A DNA stretch of 64,000 nucleotides from Octopus sinensis (taxonomy: Eukaryota): positions 8,990,001-9,054,000 of the forward strand of contig NC_042997.1 of assembly GCF_006345805.1 (NCBI RefSeq). Direction: 5' to 3'. The notes below the pieces were generated by a model that had not been told where the DNA came from, made no database searches, and saw only the letters and a list, made by a program, of their open reading frames with translations. A program made the position numbers and the translations under genes. Positions 12,474-25,876 of this stretch are shown here, in pieces. The number at the start of each line of letters is the position of its first letter. Positions within the stretch are counted from its first letter, which is position 1.

Positions 12474-13783
12474 GTAATATAAAGTCTGTTGGCTAACTGA
12501 CTGTCATGTGTATGAGCTGTATAAAATGAAAAGAAATTTTTTTTTTTCTCACATATCTCACATTTTTCAGTTATATAGACTGTGAATATGTAACTGCTTC
12601 TCTCATCTCAACAACTACAACTGTTTTACTCTTTTGAAATTAGAATAACTAGAAGTAGAAAGTTTATTGTTGTCAGTAGAAATTGTGGTTTGAAAAATAT
12701 TTACGATTTTATTGCCAAGCATGATGACTTAGCAACTTTCGTGATCAAATTTTTAAGAGTTTGGACATTTAAAAGGGATAAAAAAAAAATAGAAGAGAAA
12801 AAAAATGTGTATTTTCTTGATGTAAATCTCTTGTCTGTCATATTCAACATTCCATTCACTGCTGCGTGTGTGTGTGTGATAATTTAGATCAGAAGATTTT
12901 TTTTTCCATTTTTTTTACCCACTGCCACCATTTTGTTTAAAATTATTGTAGTGTTTAAGATGTTTTCCTTCTATTGTTACTTTTGAAACGTGATTAATTT
13001 AGGTTGAGCGTCACTATTTATGCATTTGGATTTTTCTGTTTGCAGATTCTCTTATAGAAAGTGTTTTATTAATTTTTTTTTTTTTTTTTACATTGGGGGA
13101 TACATTTGATCTTGTTAATATATTGCATGCATGCCTCTGGGCATGCTGCTCTCTTTGTTATTGAGCTTTCCTTCCCATCTGTTTTTCTTTCATAACCACT
13201 TGCTTTATGGTTTCATCAGCTAAAGTTATTGACAATGGTTTGTTTGATTCTGTTTACTTCAATGTTAAACAGGGTGTTGTAAGCTGCAGTTTATTAATAG
13301 ATAATGCAGTGCCCTCACTGCTATTGATATATTCACTGATATATTTATTTATTTACTTATACTTGAGCTTTGCTGATATTTTGTATCATAATAGAATCAG
13401 AATTTTTGTATGCATATGCGAGGTGGTAAAACCTAAGATTTCTCAATAACCTTTGATGTGTTTGGAGCCTAAAGTCTGAACTGACTGCCTTAGTAGAATA
13501 ATATTATTCCAGCCACTGTGGTTCTTCTTCTTAACTTTATTGAATCATCATAGCAAGCTGTGAGTCAAGCAGACCTATAACTGTTTCTGTCTTTTATTTA
13601 GTGTGACCTATTGATCCAACACATTACTCATAATGTATTTTAATAAGTTATGGAACTGTCTCCTATTTCTGCATATTTCATGCTATGTTTATATATGTCA
13701 AGAATAGTCAAGACGTGTTCTCTCTCATTTGTTTCACTGACTGTTTATATTTTAAATTGGCAGCTTTAGGAATGATTGCAGTA

Positions 13784-14266
<483 letters not shown>

Positions 14267-14847
14267 TATATGTGAGTGCAATAGCCATAGCCAATGTTGA
14301 TTGTTTCACTTTCACTGGAGTTCATTTATCAAGGAGTTTTATAATCTCTCTTTCTATGTATTTCTCCTCACCTTTCACTCTCTGGCTCTCACTCTATCTC
14401 TCTCTCCGTTTTTCACTCTGTTTGTCAAGTTTACATATGAAAACAATGTTGTTCAAGCTTTGATTAAAAACAATTCAAATCATTTCAAGCCTCATATTAT
14501 TGTAACTTAGTTAAGCTCCATGCTACCTGCTTCACTTATCTGCACTATCATCATCAGCATTTCTATTTAGCCTCAGAGAATATTTTCTTACATTATTTCT
14601 ACTGTAACCTCAAATAGTTGATGGTGTTGATATAGTTATGGTTGTTGCCATTGTTATAACGGTTGCAATGCAATAGGAATTCAGTATGAAAAGAGGAATT
14701 GTCAGAACTAATCAAACGGCATAATTATGATGTTTTCAGACAAGAACCATTGAAAGATATCAGAAGATATGAAAAGAAAAGAAAGGAAGTGGTAAAGAAC
14801 ACAGAAAGAATAATTTTTCTCTTAAAATCATGTCTTTCATCTTTCAG

Positions 14848-14871
14848 ATTCTTATATATAATGATCATAGA
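14848..14871 (+). CDS. Candidate 24-nt micro-exon (ILIYNDHR or FLYIMII)
   Basis: tgtctttcatctttcag acceptor and perfect gtaagt donor; length is a multiple of 3. Confidence 0.2.
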
Positions 14872-15693
14872 GTAAGTATATGTATATCTGTAACCGAAAT
14901 TCTAAATAATCTAAATAAAAATCTAAATAATTCTAAATAATCTAAAATAACAAAAAAATCTCAAAAATTCCAATTTTAATATATTCTTATAAGAATGTAT
15001 TATCTCTCCCCTTCTCTACTTCTTTATTCTCTCTCTCCCCTCTCTCTTTCTTTCTAGCTAGCTCTCGTTCATTAGCTGTGACCAATTCCTCCCTCTTTTC
15101 ATGTTACTATCCTTAAACTCAGATTCACTTCTCTATTACTTCCACTCACTGTCTAAAACGGACTGACTTTCACTGTCGTAACAAAACTAGAGCAATTTTT
15201 TTTTCTAGAAATGAAATAAGTATTGTTCACATATTAGCAAGGAGAGTTATACTGTTGCATAACTTTGAAATGTTCTTGTAAATATTTAGAAGTTAATTCC
15301 CTAACGTTTTGTTTCTTTTTCATACCTCACTATTTTACAAGTTTTCATCTTACACTAATATAAATAGATACACTGAACGATTAAGTCTTATATATACAAA
15401 AATATGAGATTATGTACTTATGTACATATATACACACATCTACATAGATACATGAATACATACACACACATGCATGCATACATAGATACATATATACATA
15501 CATACATACATACATACATACATACATACATACATACATACATACAAACTGTACGCGTGTCATCTGAATATGTTTCTCCAAGACCACTTCCAAACAAATA
15601 TTGTGATAACTGATGAACAGGCAAGAGGAAAGAAAGGAGTCTGGGGCTGTGCTGAACAGCTCCTCCTCAACAAAGCTGTCCATAAGAAAGCCA

Positions 15694-15901
15694 GCCATTC
15701 AAGAATTTGGACCTGGAGATCTCCATTTCCAGCGACTTCAAGGGCCACCTTCCAGTAGTGTTGGGCGTCAACAAAGAGCCCTCGACTACAACAGGACAAC
15801 CAAAGTTTTTTTTTTTCCGTTTTTTTCTTTCTCCCACCCCTAAACCCTAGACCATCACCTAAATCACCCTTATCCGTCTTGTTGCTTAACAACAACAACA
15901 A
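15694..15901 (+). mobile_element. Short insertion with (AAC)n tail, probable 3' end of an unidentified LINE
   Basis: 13-bp near-perfect TSD cataag(a/g)aagcca at 15681-15693 and 15902-15914. Confidence 0.6.
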
Positions 15902-16578
15902 CATAAGGAAGCCAAGCAGAATTGCTGTAAACTCTTAATGATATGGCTAGACTACAAGATGGCATTCTATTCTGTGCTTCCATTATAGATGATAGAATCA
16001 CTACACCTTACCAAAGTACCAAGTGCTTTAGTGAATGCCATTGAAAGACTGATAACAACATGGTCCACACAGTTATCACTGACTACTACTAAAGCAACAC
16101 CTATTGTTACAAATAAAATTATGCTATCAACAGGCATATTCCAGGGTGATAGTTTATCTGTGATGTTGTTTGTACTGGTAGTGAATCCCTAGTCAGCCCT
16201 GTTAGCAAAATGCCAAGGTTACATGCTGAGATCTGTAGAAATGAATAAAATTAATGTCACATTTTATGTTGATGACCTAAAGTTATATTCTAGTAATATG
16301 ACCATTATGAAGAGAAGATTATTAGAACGAGTCACAACATTACCACGTGATATAGGAATGGAATTTGGGCAAGATAAATGCTCATACATGATAATCAACC
16401 AAGGAAAGATTGTTGACCAGACAGAGAACATGAACATCAATGGCTTTTCTGTTTCCCCTATCTCTAATGATGAAAGCTACAAGTTCTTCAGAATCAATGA
16501 GAATGTTGCATAACAAAAGCGTACTTCTGTAGATTCTGGAACTCAGAACTGTCTGTACTCAACAAGACCATATCACAC

Positions 16579-16581
<3 letters not shown>

Positions 16582-16614
<33 letters not shown>

Positions 16615-16742
16615 TGTGTACAGTGCTCAGGTGCACTACAACTCATCTAAAGTGTATATATAATCAGGTGTAGTTTTGGCGGATTTCGGAAAGAATGAGG
16701 GCCTTAAAGGATGCAGTGTCATGGCAGTCAACAACTGATGCA
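16582..16742 (-). mobile_element. Retroposon 3' end with (ATT)n tail inserted in copy A (CR1/L2-like, tentative)
   Basis: (AAT)n plus sequence unrelated to the RT, which resumes at about 16743. Confidence 0.45.
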
Positions 16743-17255
16743 GAACCAGTGGTAGTACCAACACTTATGATATTGGACTGGACCCTTGATGAGATACACA
16801 ACCTGGACATCAAAACCAGAAGTGTACTGACCACCACTAGCATCATCCACATTAGCACTGACACCGATAGGTTTTATATCAGATGGAGTGATAGCAGCAG
16901 AGGCTCTAAATTGCCTTTGACTGTTGCATTGTATCACTCAGACAACACCTGTTGAATAGTAAAGAAAAGAATGAATACATTCCAGTCATACTCAAAAGTG
17001 AGAACTACAACATCTTCAGAGCTGGAGAACTACTATACATCTACTCTGAAAATACAATTTTCTCAGTGTGACTCAAAGGAGGCTGAACAGGCCTACCTAA
17101 ACAAAAGCTTGGAGAAGAAGCAAACATCATACCAGCAAAAAGCAATGCATAGCCTGTAAGTTAAAGGGCAACAACAGCATTGTAGCTTCTCATGGACCTA
17201 CAATAGATTCATTATATCCCATCTAGAAGAATATGCTTTTTCTATCCAGGAACAG

Positions 17256-17257
<2 letters not shown>

Positions 17258-17304
<47 letters not shown>

Positions 17305-17432
17305 GTTTGACATCTGTTTTCCGTGCTAGCACGGGTTGGACAGTTCAACCAGGGTCTGGGAAGCCTGGAGGCTGCACCAGGCTCCAATCTGATCTGGCAG
17401 TTTTTCTACAGCTGGATACCCTTCCTAACACC
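17258..17432 (-). mobile_element. RTE LINE 3' end inserted in copy A
   Basis: (CAT)n plus the conserved RTE terminus. Confidence 0.8.
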
Positions 17433-17854
17433 ATAATGTATATCTGCTAAATACCTGATAAACAAGAGGAGTAAAGATACCACCAAACCTCCACGTTGTG
17501 ATAAAAAAAGTTGGCTCTGCTATACTGGTGTGGAAGATATCACCTACATCATTAGTAGCGGCACCAAAATGACTATGAGATTCTACCTGTTCCTGAGGCG
17601 TGATATAGTTGTACAGACTATTTACGACACTATCTGCAGGAAGGATTTCCCTGATGTATTCATTAAAGGTACGTCAGAACCAGCAATATTCACACCTTTA
17701 AGAATAAGGAATACTGGTGAAACACCCCCAATGAAAACATTAATCCAATGCAAACATGGCAGACCATGTAGGACAAGGACAAAAGTCATGCTCTGTTGTA
17801 GGGGTCAGCTGCCCAGTAGACATGAATGTACAATCTAAAGTGCAGGAAAAAGAG

Positions 17855-18430
17855 AACATCATCATCATCGTTTAACGTCCGCTTTCCATGCTAGCATGGG
17901 TTGGATGATTTGACTGAGGTCTGGCGAACCAGATGGCTGCACCAGACTCCAATCTGATCTGGCAGAGTTTCTACAGCTGGATGCCCTTCCTAACGCCAAC
18001 CACTCTGAGAGTGTAGTGGGTGCTTTTACGTGCCACCGGCATGAGGGCCAGTCAGGCAGTACTGGCAACAGCCACGCTCAAATGGTGCTTTTTATGTGCC
18101 ACCTGCACAGGAGCCAGTCCAGCAGCACTGGCAATGACCTCACTCAAATGTCTTTTTACGTGCCACCAGCACAAGTGCTTGTAAGGCAACACAGGTAACG
18201 ATCATGCTCAAATGGCGTTTTTAACACTCGGAGGCTAGCTTGTTGCTCTGGCCCTGATCTCACTTGTATGGTATGCTTAGCGTTCCACTAGCACGGTTAC
18301 CAGTCTTCGAATTTGATTTCAATTTCGATTTCACTTGCCTCAACAAGTCTTCGCAAGCAGAGTTTAGTGTTCAATGAAGGAAAGGCACGCATAATGGACT
18401 GGTTACACCCCTGGCATAGGCCACAAGGTT
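17855..18430 (-). mobile_element. RTE LINE 3' UTR inserted in copy A
   Basis: (CAT)n, conserved terminus, internal ~60-bp units. Confidence 0.8.
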
Positions 18431-18834
18431 ATGGTCTCACTTGCGCTTGCCGAGTCTACATGGCAAATAAATTGGAACATACAACTTTTGTACCCTGACT
18501 ATGAATTCTCATTTGTACCTCTCATCAAAGATGCAGTGGGTTATGTACCAACAAATTTATGCAAAAACCTACAAATACTCAGTTTCACAGTGAAAGAGCA
18601 AAAGAAACAAGTGCAGATTCTCCAAATCCAGTGTATTAGTGACAGAGTGAAGATTTTAAGACATTCCAAGACTCTTCCATCTGAGATTCTTATGTGAATA
18701 GATGTACACACTTGGGTGCATGCATTGACAGTTCAACCAAGACATCAACTTAACTACGTATCTACAAACACAGGAAAATCTTTTAACTTTCTGAAGAAGA
18801 ACTTAAATAACACTCAAAGGAAAAACATACATCA

Positions 18835-19255
18835 AAATTGATCAATGGAAATTGCAGATGTGTTACCAGTGCCAGTGGCATGTAAGAGAACCATCCGTTC
18901 ATGACCATTGCCAGCGCTGCCCCGACTGGCCTCGTGCCGGTGGCACGTAAAAAGCACTATCCGTTCGTGTCCGTTGCCAGCCTCGCCTGGCCCCCGTGCC
19001 GGTGGCACATAAAAAGCACCATCCGTTCATGGCCGTTGGCCAGCTCTGTCTGGCACCTGTGCGGGTGGCACATAAAAAGCACCCACTACACTCACGGAGT
19101 GGTTGGCGTTAAGAAGGGCATCCAGCTGTAGAAACACTGCCAGATCTGACTAGGCCTGATGAAGCCTTCTGGCTTCACAGACCCCAGTTGAACCGTCCAA
19201 CCCATGCTAGCATGGAAAACGGACGCTAAACGATGATGATGATGATGATGATGAC
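18835..19255 (+). mobile_element. RTE LINE 3' UTR with four internal ~60-bp units
   Basis: Repeated gccggtggcac(g/a)taaaaagcac units, conserved terminus, (GAT)n tail. Confidence 0.85.
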
Positions 19256-19629
19256 ATACGTACACACACACACACACACACCAGCTCACACACACCCACA
19301 CAGATAACTATTACATAGGCAAGTAGTTAACTTCTGGGGGCATTGTTTCTCAGAGTATAATAAATGGAGCCACAAAATTGAAGTAGAGAGGTTTGAGAAA
19401 GATGTATGCGTGATATTGACAAGTAGCTCGTTTTATACATAAAGCAATGTAATTGAGCAAAAATCATAAACATTATGAGCCTTTCCAAGACATTAAGATT
19501 TTTTTCTTTTGATGTTTAATTCGAATTTTTGTTAGTTTCAGTTTAGATGAGACTTAATTTAGCAGAACTTAATTTAGCAGACCCATGATCTATGCTCAAT
19601 GATATTCCAGCTTTGGTTATCCTATATAT

Positions 19630-20010
19630 ATGGAGGTGCAATGACCCAGTGATTAGGGCAGCGGACTCGCGGTCGTAGGATCCCGGTTTCGATTCCCAGA
19701 CCGGGCATTGTGAGTGTTTATTGAGCGAAAACACCTAAAGCTCCATGAGGCTCCGGCAGGGATGGTGGTGATCCCTGCTGTACTCTTTCACCACAACTTT
19801 CTCTCACTCTTACTTCCTGTTTGTGTTGTACCTGTATTTCAAAGGGCCGGCCTTGTCACTCTCTGTGTCACGCTGAATATCCCCGAGAACTATGTTAAGG
19901 GTACACGTGTCTGTGGAATGCTCAGCCACTTACACGTTAATTTCACGAGCAGGCTGTTCTGTTGATCGGATCAACTGGAACCCTCGTCGTCGTAACCGAC
20001 GGAGTGCTTC
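19630..20010 (+). mobile_element. SINE family D
   Basis: tRNA-like head with ggtttcgattccc B-box; end ggaaccctcgtcgtcgtaaccgacggagtgc; atcctatatat present on both sides. Confidence 0.85.
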
Positions 20011-20897
20011 CATCCATCCTATATATCTTGTATATTTGGGACATTTTCTAATTTTTCCTTTGTTTTTAAATTGTTTGTAATGTTAGAGAATATTTAGTAG
20101 CTGTTTCTAGATACTTCAGAAATTGCATAGTTTCCTTCGTAGGACTGAATCAGCCTGTTTTAGATCCCTAATGAAAGTGTGAACTGAATGAAAGTGCCAA
20201 AAGTTTGAAATATTCAGCACGGGTTTTAGGAATAGTGATAGAATAAAGATTTATAGGGTGCAAGAAGAAGAAAAAAGACATGCACCCAACACCAGAGCTG
20301 AAGACACCTCTGAAAGCAGGGGAGCCCACCACATCAAAACGGTAGAGGTGTAGGGGCCGAAACCAGATGTGGTTCCTCCTGATGATATCTTGAGCTAACT
20401 GGATCCTATAAAGAAGCTGTTGTGGTAGCAGACCACGAAACACGGTTGAAATTCCTCAGAAGATTACTGAGAAAATAGACACAGATGCATTTACGAAATA
20501 GAATTTCTATTAGAAAATATCACCCTTCCATTTGTAAACACACTTCTGCATATTTGAAGAGGTTGAATGACTATGCTAGTAGTTCTGTATTAGCTTACAT
20601 TGGTTTCAACAAACAGCATGACGAATGGAGGTGAAAACAGGCTAAAATCATCTCATGACTCTATTTGACATGTACAATTAAATGGTTCTTCTTACATGAA
20701 TATGTAGAGGTCAGAATATTGTGAAGTAAATAGAGAATGGAATAGCAAACAGTCTGTTAGTTGAAAGAAGAAAAGAAACCATTTCTACCACAATTTTGTG
20801 CAAGTGTGTAAATGAAGATTTGGTGGTCAGTGGGATGACCTATTTATGAATGCTGTCTACAATACTTATGAGCTAAGTAACTTCTCTATTTCATATA

Positions 20898-21303
20898 TAG
20901 GTGCAGGAGTGGCTGTGTGGTAAGTAGGTTGCTTACCAACCACATGGTTCCAGGTTCAGTCCCACTGCGTGGCTCGTTGGGCAAGTATCTTCTACTATAG
21001 CCTTGGGCCAACCAAAGCTATGTGAGTGGATTTGGTAGACAGAAACTGAAAGAAACCTGTCGTCTGTGTGTGTGTGTATGTGTGTGTGTGTATGTACCTG
21101 TGTCTGTGTTTGTCACTCCACCATCGCTTGACAACCGATGTTGGTGTATTTACATCCCCGTAACTTAGCGGTTCAGCAAAAGAGAACGATCGAATAAGTA
21201 CTAGGCTTACAAAGAATAAGTCCTGGGTTTATTTGTTCAACTAAAGGCAGTGCTCCAGCATGGCTGCAGTTAAATGACTGAAACAAATGAAAGAATAAAA
21301 GAA
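20898..21303 (+). mobile_element. SINE family A
   Basis: Full-length match to the 13784 copy. Confidence 0.9.
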
Positions 21304-21822
21304 CAAAAGAATGGGTTGTACTCAGGCCTCATTGAGTGTCAGAGGTTGTTTAATGAAGAAGTATGTTCTATTCTTAAGACAGAAGTGTATTCTTTTCCAG
21401 GCAGTTTGGTTATGTCATTGTTTTTGTTGTTGCTTAACTTCATTTCAGCTCTGTTAGAGGAGATATATCATCAAAAGCCTTTCAACTGTGATCCCTTGTG
21501 TTTTTCTATCATTAACTTTTGTTGCAGGCATAGTGCCACCTGGATTACAAAATCAAATTTATCCAACCTTTTATAAAAGTGAAGGGTGTGATTTGATAGA
21601 GATGTGGCCACTGCTATTTCTAGCAAATTTTACAGCCTCATAGTGGCTCCTCATTTGCTTGTGTTGTTGACTCTTATGATCTTCCATTAGAGATTATGTA
21701 AAATAGCATTTGTGAAGCTTGTGCCGGTTTTAACTACGTGCATATAAGGGGACTATAAAGTTTTGGGTGTGTTACCAAGAGATTTGGACTTTATGTACAT
21801 TTGACAGATATTTGTACTCATA

Positions 21823-21943
21823 TTGTTTGTTGTTAGCACAACATTTCGGCTGATATACCCTCCGGCCTTCATCAGCATATGGCATAGTGGTTAAAAGCGC
21901 AGGCTACTAACCCCAAGATTCCGAGTTCGATTCCAGGCAGTAA

Positions 21944-22018
<75 letters not shown>

Positions 22019-22208
22019 CAACAACAATAATAACATCAAAATATACCTTAGGCATGAGAACACAGGTTTGAAATATCCCCAAGACACCTAATGAAAGCTG
22101 GAGGGTATATCAGCCAAAACGTTTGTGTTAACAACAAACAAGATGAGGACAAATATCCGTCAAATGTAAATAATGTATATAATTCCTCATCTCTTAAATA
22201 TAGAACTG
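21823..22208 (+). mobile_element. tRNA-headed short retroelement with hammerhead-ribozyme fold and inverted (Penelope-style) 5' arm
   Basis: A/B boxes at 21879-21934; (AAT)n; 21823-21875 is an inverted copy of 22088-22141; merged arms read CTGATGA-A-GGCTG(loop)CAGCC-GAAAC-GTT. Confidence 0.7.
22081..22130 (+). ncRNA. Degenerate minimal type-I hammerhead ribozyme motif
   Basis: Stem I GACAC/GTGTT, core ctaatga (G5>A), stem II agctg/cagcc, aaaac (G12>A); the inverted copy at 21823-21875 keeps CTGATGA and GAAA but lacks the stem I 5' strand. Confidence 0.6.
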
Positions 22209-23160
22209 CAAGAGATTTGTATTTTATACTGCCAATTAAGTTTCAATTTTTTTTGTTCCCATTAGAAAATATTTTCCAAAAATTATATATTTAAGACAGT
22301 AATTCCTGTCTGTTGCTTGTGGTTGTTGCCATTTTTGGAAAGTATGTCAAAAGGTGAAAACTGAAGCCACTGCAAAAGGTAAAAGCCTTTTGTTGCCATT
22401 TGTGGGAAAGTCTGTCAAAAGATGTAAACTGAAGTCACTGCACAAAAGTATGTGTTTGTTAGGAGAGATAGTGACAAGAATTTTACGTAGAGTGGAAGGA
22501 ATGTATGAGACATTGCTGAGTTATGATTTTCTCATCAGTTTATATAGTGTGAGTTAAAGAAACCGGCATGAACATCTGATAAAAAGTATTCCTTTAGGGA
22601 AATGAGAACTGAGTGAAGCTTAAAGCAAATGGCTTTCTCCAAAGGTCCACATGCCAGACATTGTCATGGATTATTGACAAGTCAGAGGAAACATTGCTTT
22701 CACTAATACTCTCAAGAGTGAGCAGTTATTTGTGACAATTCTATGAAAGCCATATTGAAGATCACAGAGAAGTGTAAAGGACGTAAAGTGAGGATGAAAT
22801 TTTATGGTCAACCAAAAACTGTCATGGAAGTAAGTATTTCACTATTGTTTGTTTTATTTTTTAGTAGGGGAAACATCAATCTATGTATTGATTTTAAAAT
22901 TGAAGATAAACAATGTTGTGAAGTTAAAAGTATATTCATCTTAGCTATATTTTAGGTTAAAGTGCTGAAAAACAACTAGCTGGTTAGAAGTTAAATTCTT
23001 ACTACAGCATTGTGCTGTGTGTCACTGTGCAAAGCACATGCCTTTTTGCCAAAAGCATGGCTGGCAGGAAAATATCATTACTTCACTAATAAGTTACTTA
23101 CAGTTTAATGAGCATCTACATATCAGAATAACTGATTTGTAAAACTAATATTACACATGT

Positions 23161-23424
23161 GTGGAGGTGCATGGCTTAGTGGTTAGGGTGTCAGCACCAT
23201 GATTGTAAGATTGTGGTTTCGATTCCTGGACTGGGCAATGCATTGTGTTCTTGAGCAAAACACTTCATTTCACGTTGCTCCAGTCCACTCAGCTGGCAAA
23301 AATGAGTAACATTGCGATGGACTGGCATCCCGTCCAGCTGGGGAACACATACGCCACAGAAACCGGGAAACTGGGCCCATGAGCCTGGCTAGGTTTTAAA
23401 AGGGTGCATTTATTTATTAGTATT
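23161..23424 (+). mobile_element. SINE family B with 15-bp TSD
   Basis: taatattacacatgt at 23146-23160 and 23425-23439. Confidence 0.92.
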
Positions 23425-24689
23425 TAATATTACACATGTAAGTGTGTAAACAATGCTTATAAAATAGCGGCAAAGATTTATTTATAACCACTATATGGAT
23501 TTAATGTTGCAATTACCTACATAGACAATACAGCATTTTGTGTGTGTGTGTGTGGTGTGTGTGTGTGTGTGTATGTGTTTATGTGTGTGTATGGTGTGTG
23601 CATAGTGTGTGCATGCTTGTATGTGTGTATGCATATGCACTGGAGCATATGTGCATTGTTTTTAAATTTAGAGATGAGAGGAAAAATAGAAAGGAACCTT
23701 TAATTATACATTTATTTTATTAAATGCATTATCAACAAAATCTTATATGGTATGTAAGTAGTCTTGAACTCAGAACAAAGAAACCCAATTCCAATATTAC
23801 AAAATGCAAAACTTTCCACTTACCGTAGCATATATTATTTCAGTTAAGACAGTTGAGAAGCAGGTCAAATTTTCATGTCATTCTGCAAAGCTTATTGGAT
23901 ATATGTTAGCAAGTGAGATATTAAAGGCAAAGGATGTGTTAAGCCACACTGTCTTTGACAATGATGGAAGATTTACATTACTTGAATAAAAGCTGTTATA
24001 CATTCAGTCAACCTCATTTCATACTGAATTTTTCAGCCAAACTGACAGCCAACATAATAACATTATGCTGCAGATTGAAGGAAAGTCATCTTAGAATTTT
24101 AAGATTTTAAAATCACTACATCAATTTCTGCTTCCTTGTTCATTTTACTATTTAAAACTTTATTAAAGATTTTAGCCAATACAAATCATTATTAAAATTA
24201 AAGCAAATCCTTTACACCCACATACTCTAAATTATCTTGTGTGTATACAGAGGTGAAATATTGACAGCATTTTTTAACACTTAAACAATCAAAACAAACA
24301 ACTAGACAGCCTGTGTTATGAAATGAAAATTATGCAAATATGAAAATTATAAAAATGCTTGTCAATAAACTTATTCAAATGTAATTAAAGATTTCTCAGC
24401 AAAACATACGTGTAATTATAATTAATCAGTATTTCTTTTTTAATTGTGTGCTTTCACTGCCCTACTGAGCAAAGCTCCTAGCACGTTCAGAATCACTGTG
24501 TTTTGTTTTGAATTTGAATTTTTTTATTGTATTCAAATGATATTCATGTAATATCTGTGCAATGACATTTAATGCTGTATTCTGTACATCGTTCTTATTT
24601 TTAAGTACTGTAGTTTGGGGCACATTTTTATCTGCATGTTTTTAAAATCAATAATCAGGGATTAAGACAATATGCTGACAGAATCATTT

Positions 24690-25390
24690 ACATGCTGGAC
24701 AAAAAATGTGTACTTGGTGGCATTTCTGTCAGCTGTTTTACATTCTGTGTTCAAATTCTCCTGAGATCAACTTTGCCCTTCATCCTTTCAGAGTCATTAA
24801 ATTAAGCACCAGTTGAGTACTGGGTTTAATGTAATCGACTTACCCCTTCTATCGGAATTTCTGGTCTCATGTTAAAATTAGAAAGATTTATCACAGTAAT
24901 TGCTTCAGTAATTCAAATTATCTCTATTTCCACATATTTATACTCTCTTTTACTTTTTTACTTGTTTCATTTGACTGTGGCCATGCTGGAGCACCACCTT
25001 TAGTCGAGCAAATCAACCCCAGGACTTATTCTTTGGAAGCCTAGTACTTATTCTTTGGAAGCTTAGTACTTATTCTATCAGTCTCTTTTGCTGAACCGCT
25101 AAGTTACGGGAATGTAAACACACCAGCATCAGTTGTCAAGTGATGTTGGGGGGACAAACACAGACACACAAACATATACACACACATACACATACATACA
25201 TATATATATTTATATATACATATATATGACGGGCTTCTTTCAGTTTCCGTCTACCAAATCCACTCACAAGGATTTGGTTGGCCCGAGGCTATAGAAGAAG
25301 GCACTTGCCCAAGGTACCACACAGTGGGACTGAGCCCAGAACCATGTGGTTTGTAAGCAAGCTACTTACCACACATCCACTCTTGTGCCT
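24690..25390. mobile_element. Degenerate SINE family E (+, 24690-24885) and SINE family A (-, 24945-25390)
   Basis: gttcaaattc..gag(g/a)tcaactttgcc body; reverse complement of family A. Confidence 0.75.
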
Positions 25391-25545
25391 TTCTCTTTTT
25401 CTCTGAGAGGGACATTATCATCTATTGTACTAATATTTGAATGAAGAGGTACATTTTCCTGATTGTCCTTGAAGATTATATCTTGATTAATCTTGATTTT
25501 TCCTGTTAGCACATATTGGATATTCTAAAATATGGTCACTTTGAT

Positions 25546-25876
25546 CAGGGCCAGATTTAAACCCCTCAAAAGATTTTGGTGCCCCACATATATGTAATTT
25601 AAAATATAAACAATAATAAACCATAAAATAAATTTTATTTTCAAAATGAAACAAAACTAACAATAAGATGGAAAATAATGTTTATTTTTGTATACGTCCT
25701 GTTTATTTATATTTGAAAAGTTTTCTCTTAATTTTTTTAATTGCAAAGTCATATTATTTTAGCAATTTTAAAGTGATTTCTTTTGTGCAGTAGATCATTT
25801 ACCATTTCCGTGGTGCCCCACGTCCCTTGATACCCTAAGCACAAGCTTATTTTGCTTAAGGGCTAATCCAGCACTG
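25546..25876. mobile_element. Complete hAT MITE (331 bp)
   Basis: Perfect 8-bp TSD actttgat (25538-25545, 25877-25884); TIRs cagggccagatt / aatccagcactg. Confidence 0.9.

Larger units (their letters stand above)
15555..18700 (+). mobile_element. Degenerate R4/Dong-like RLE non-LTR retrotransposon (copy A), interrupted several times
   Basis: Fragments RGKKGVWGCAEQLLLNK, WLDYKMAF, GIFQGDSLS, FYVDDLKLY, GMEFGQDKC, VEDITYIISS, FVPLI..AVGYVP in colinear order. Confidence 0.85.

Noticed and set aside
20298-20395. Second hammerhead-like arrangement (ctgaaga...acacctct/agaggtgt...ccgaaac...ctgatga)
   Set aside because: Stem II is separated from GAAA by 8 extra bases and no stem I or cleavage triplet can be built.
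21320-21600. Possible LINE RT remnant on minus strand (*KAFDDIS)
   Set aside because: A single short motif; too decayed to list as a feature.
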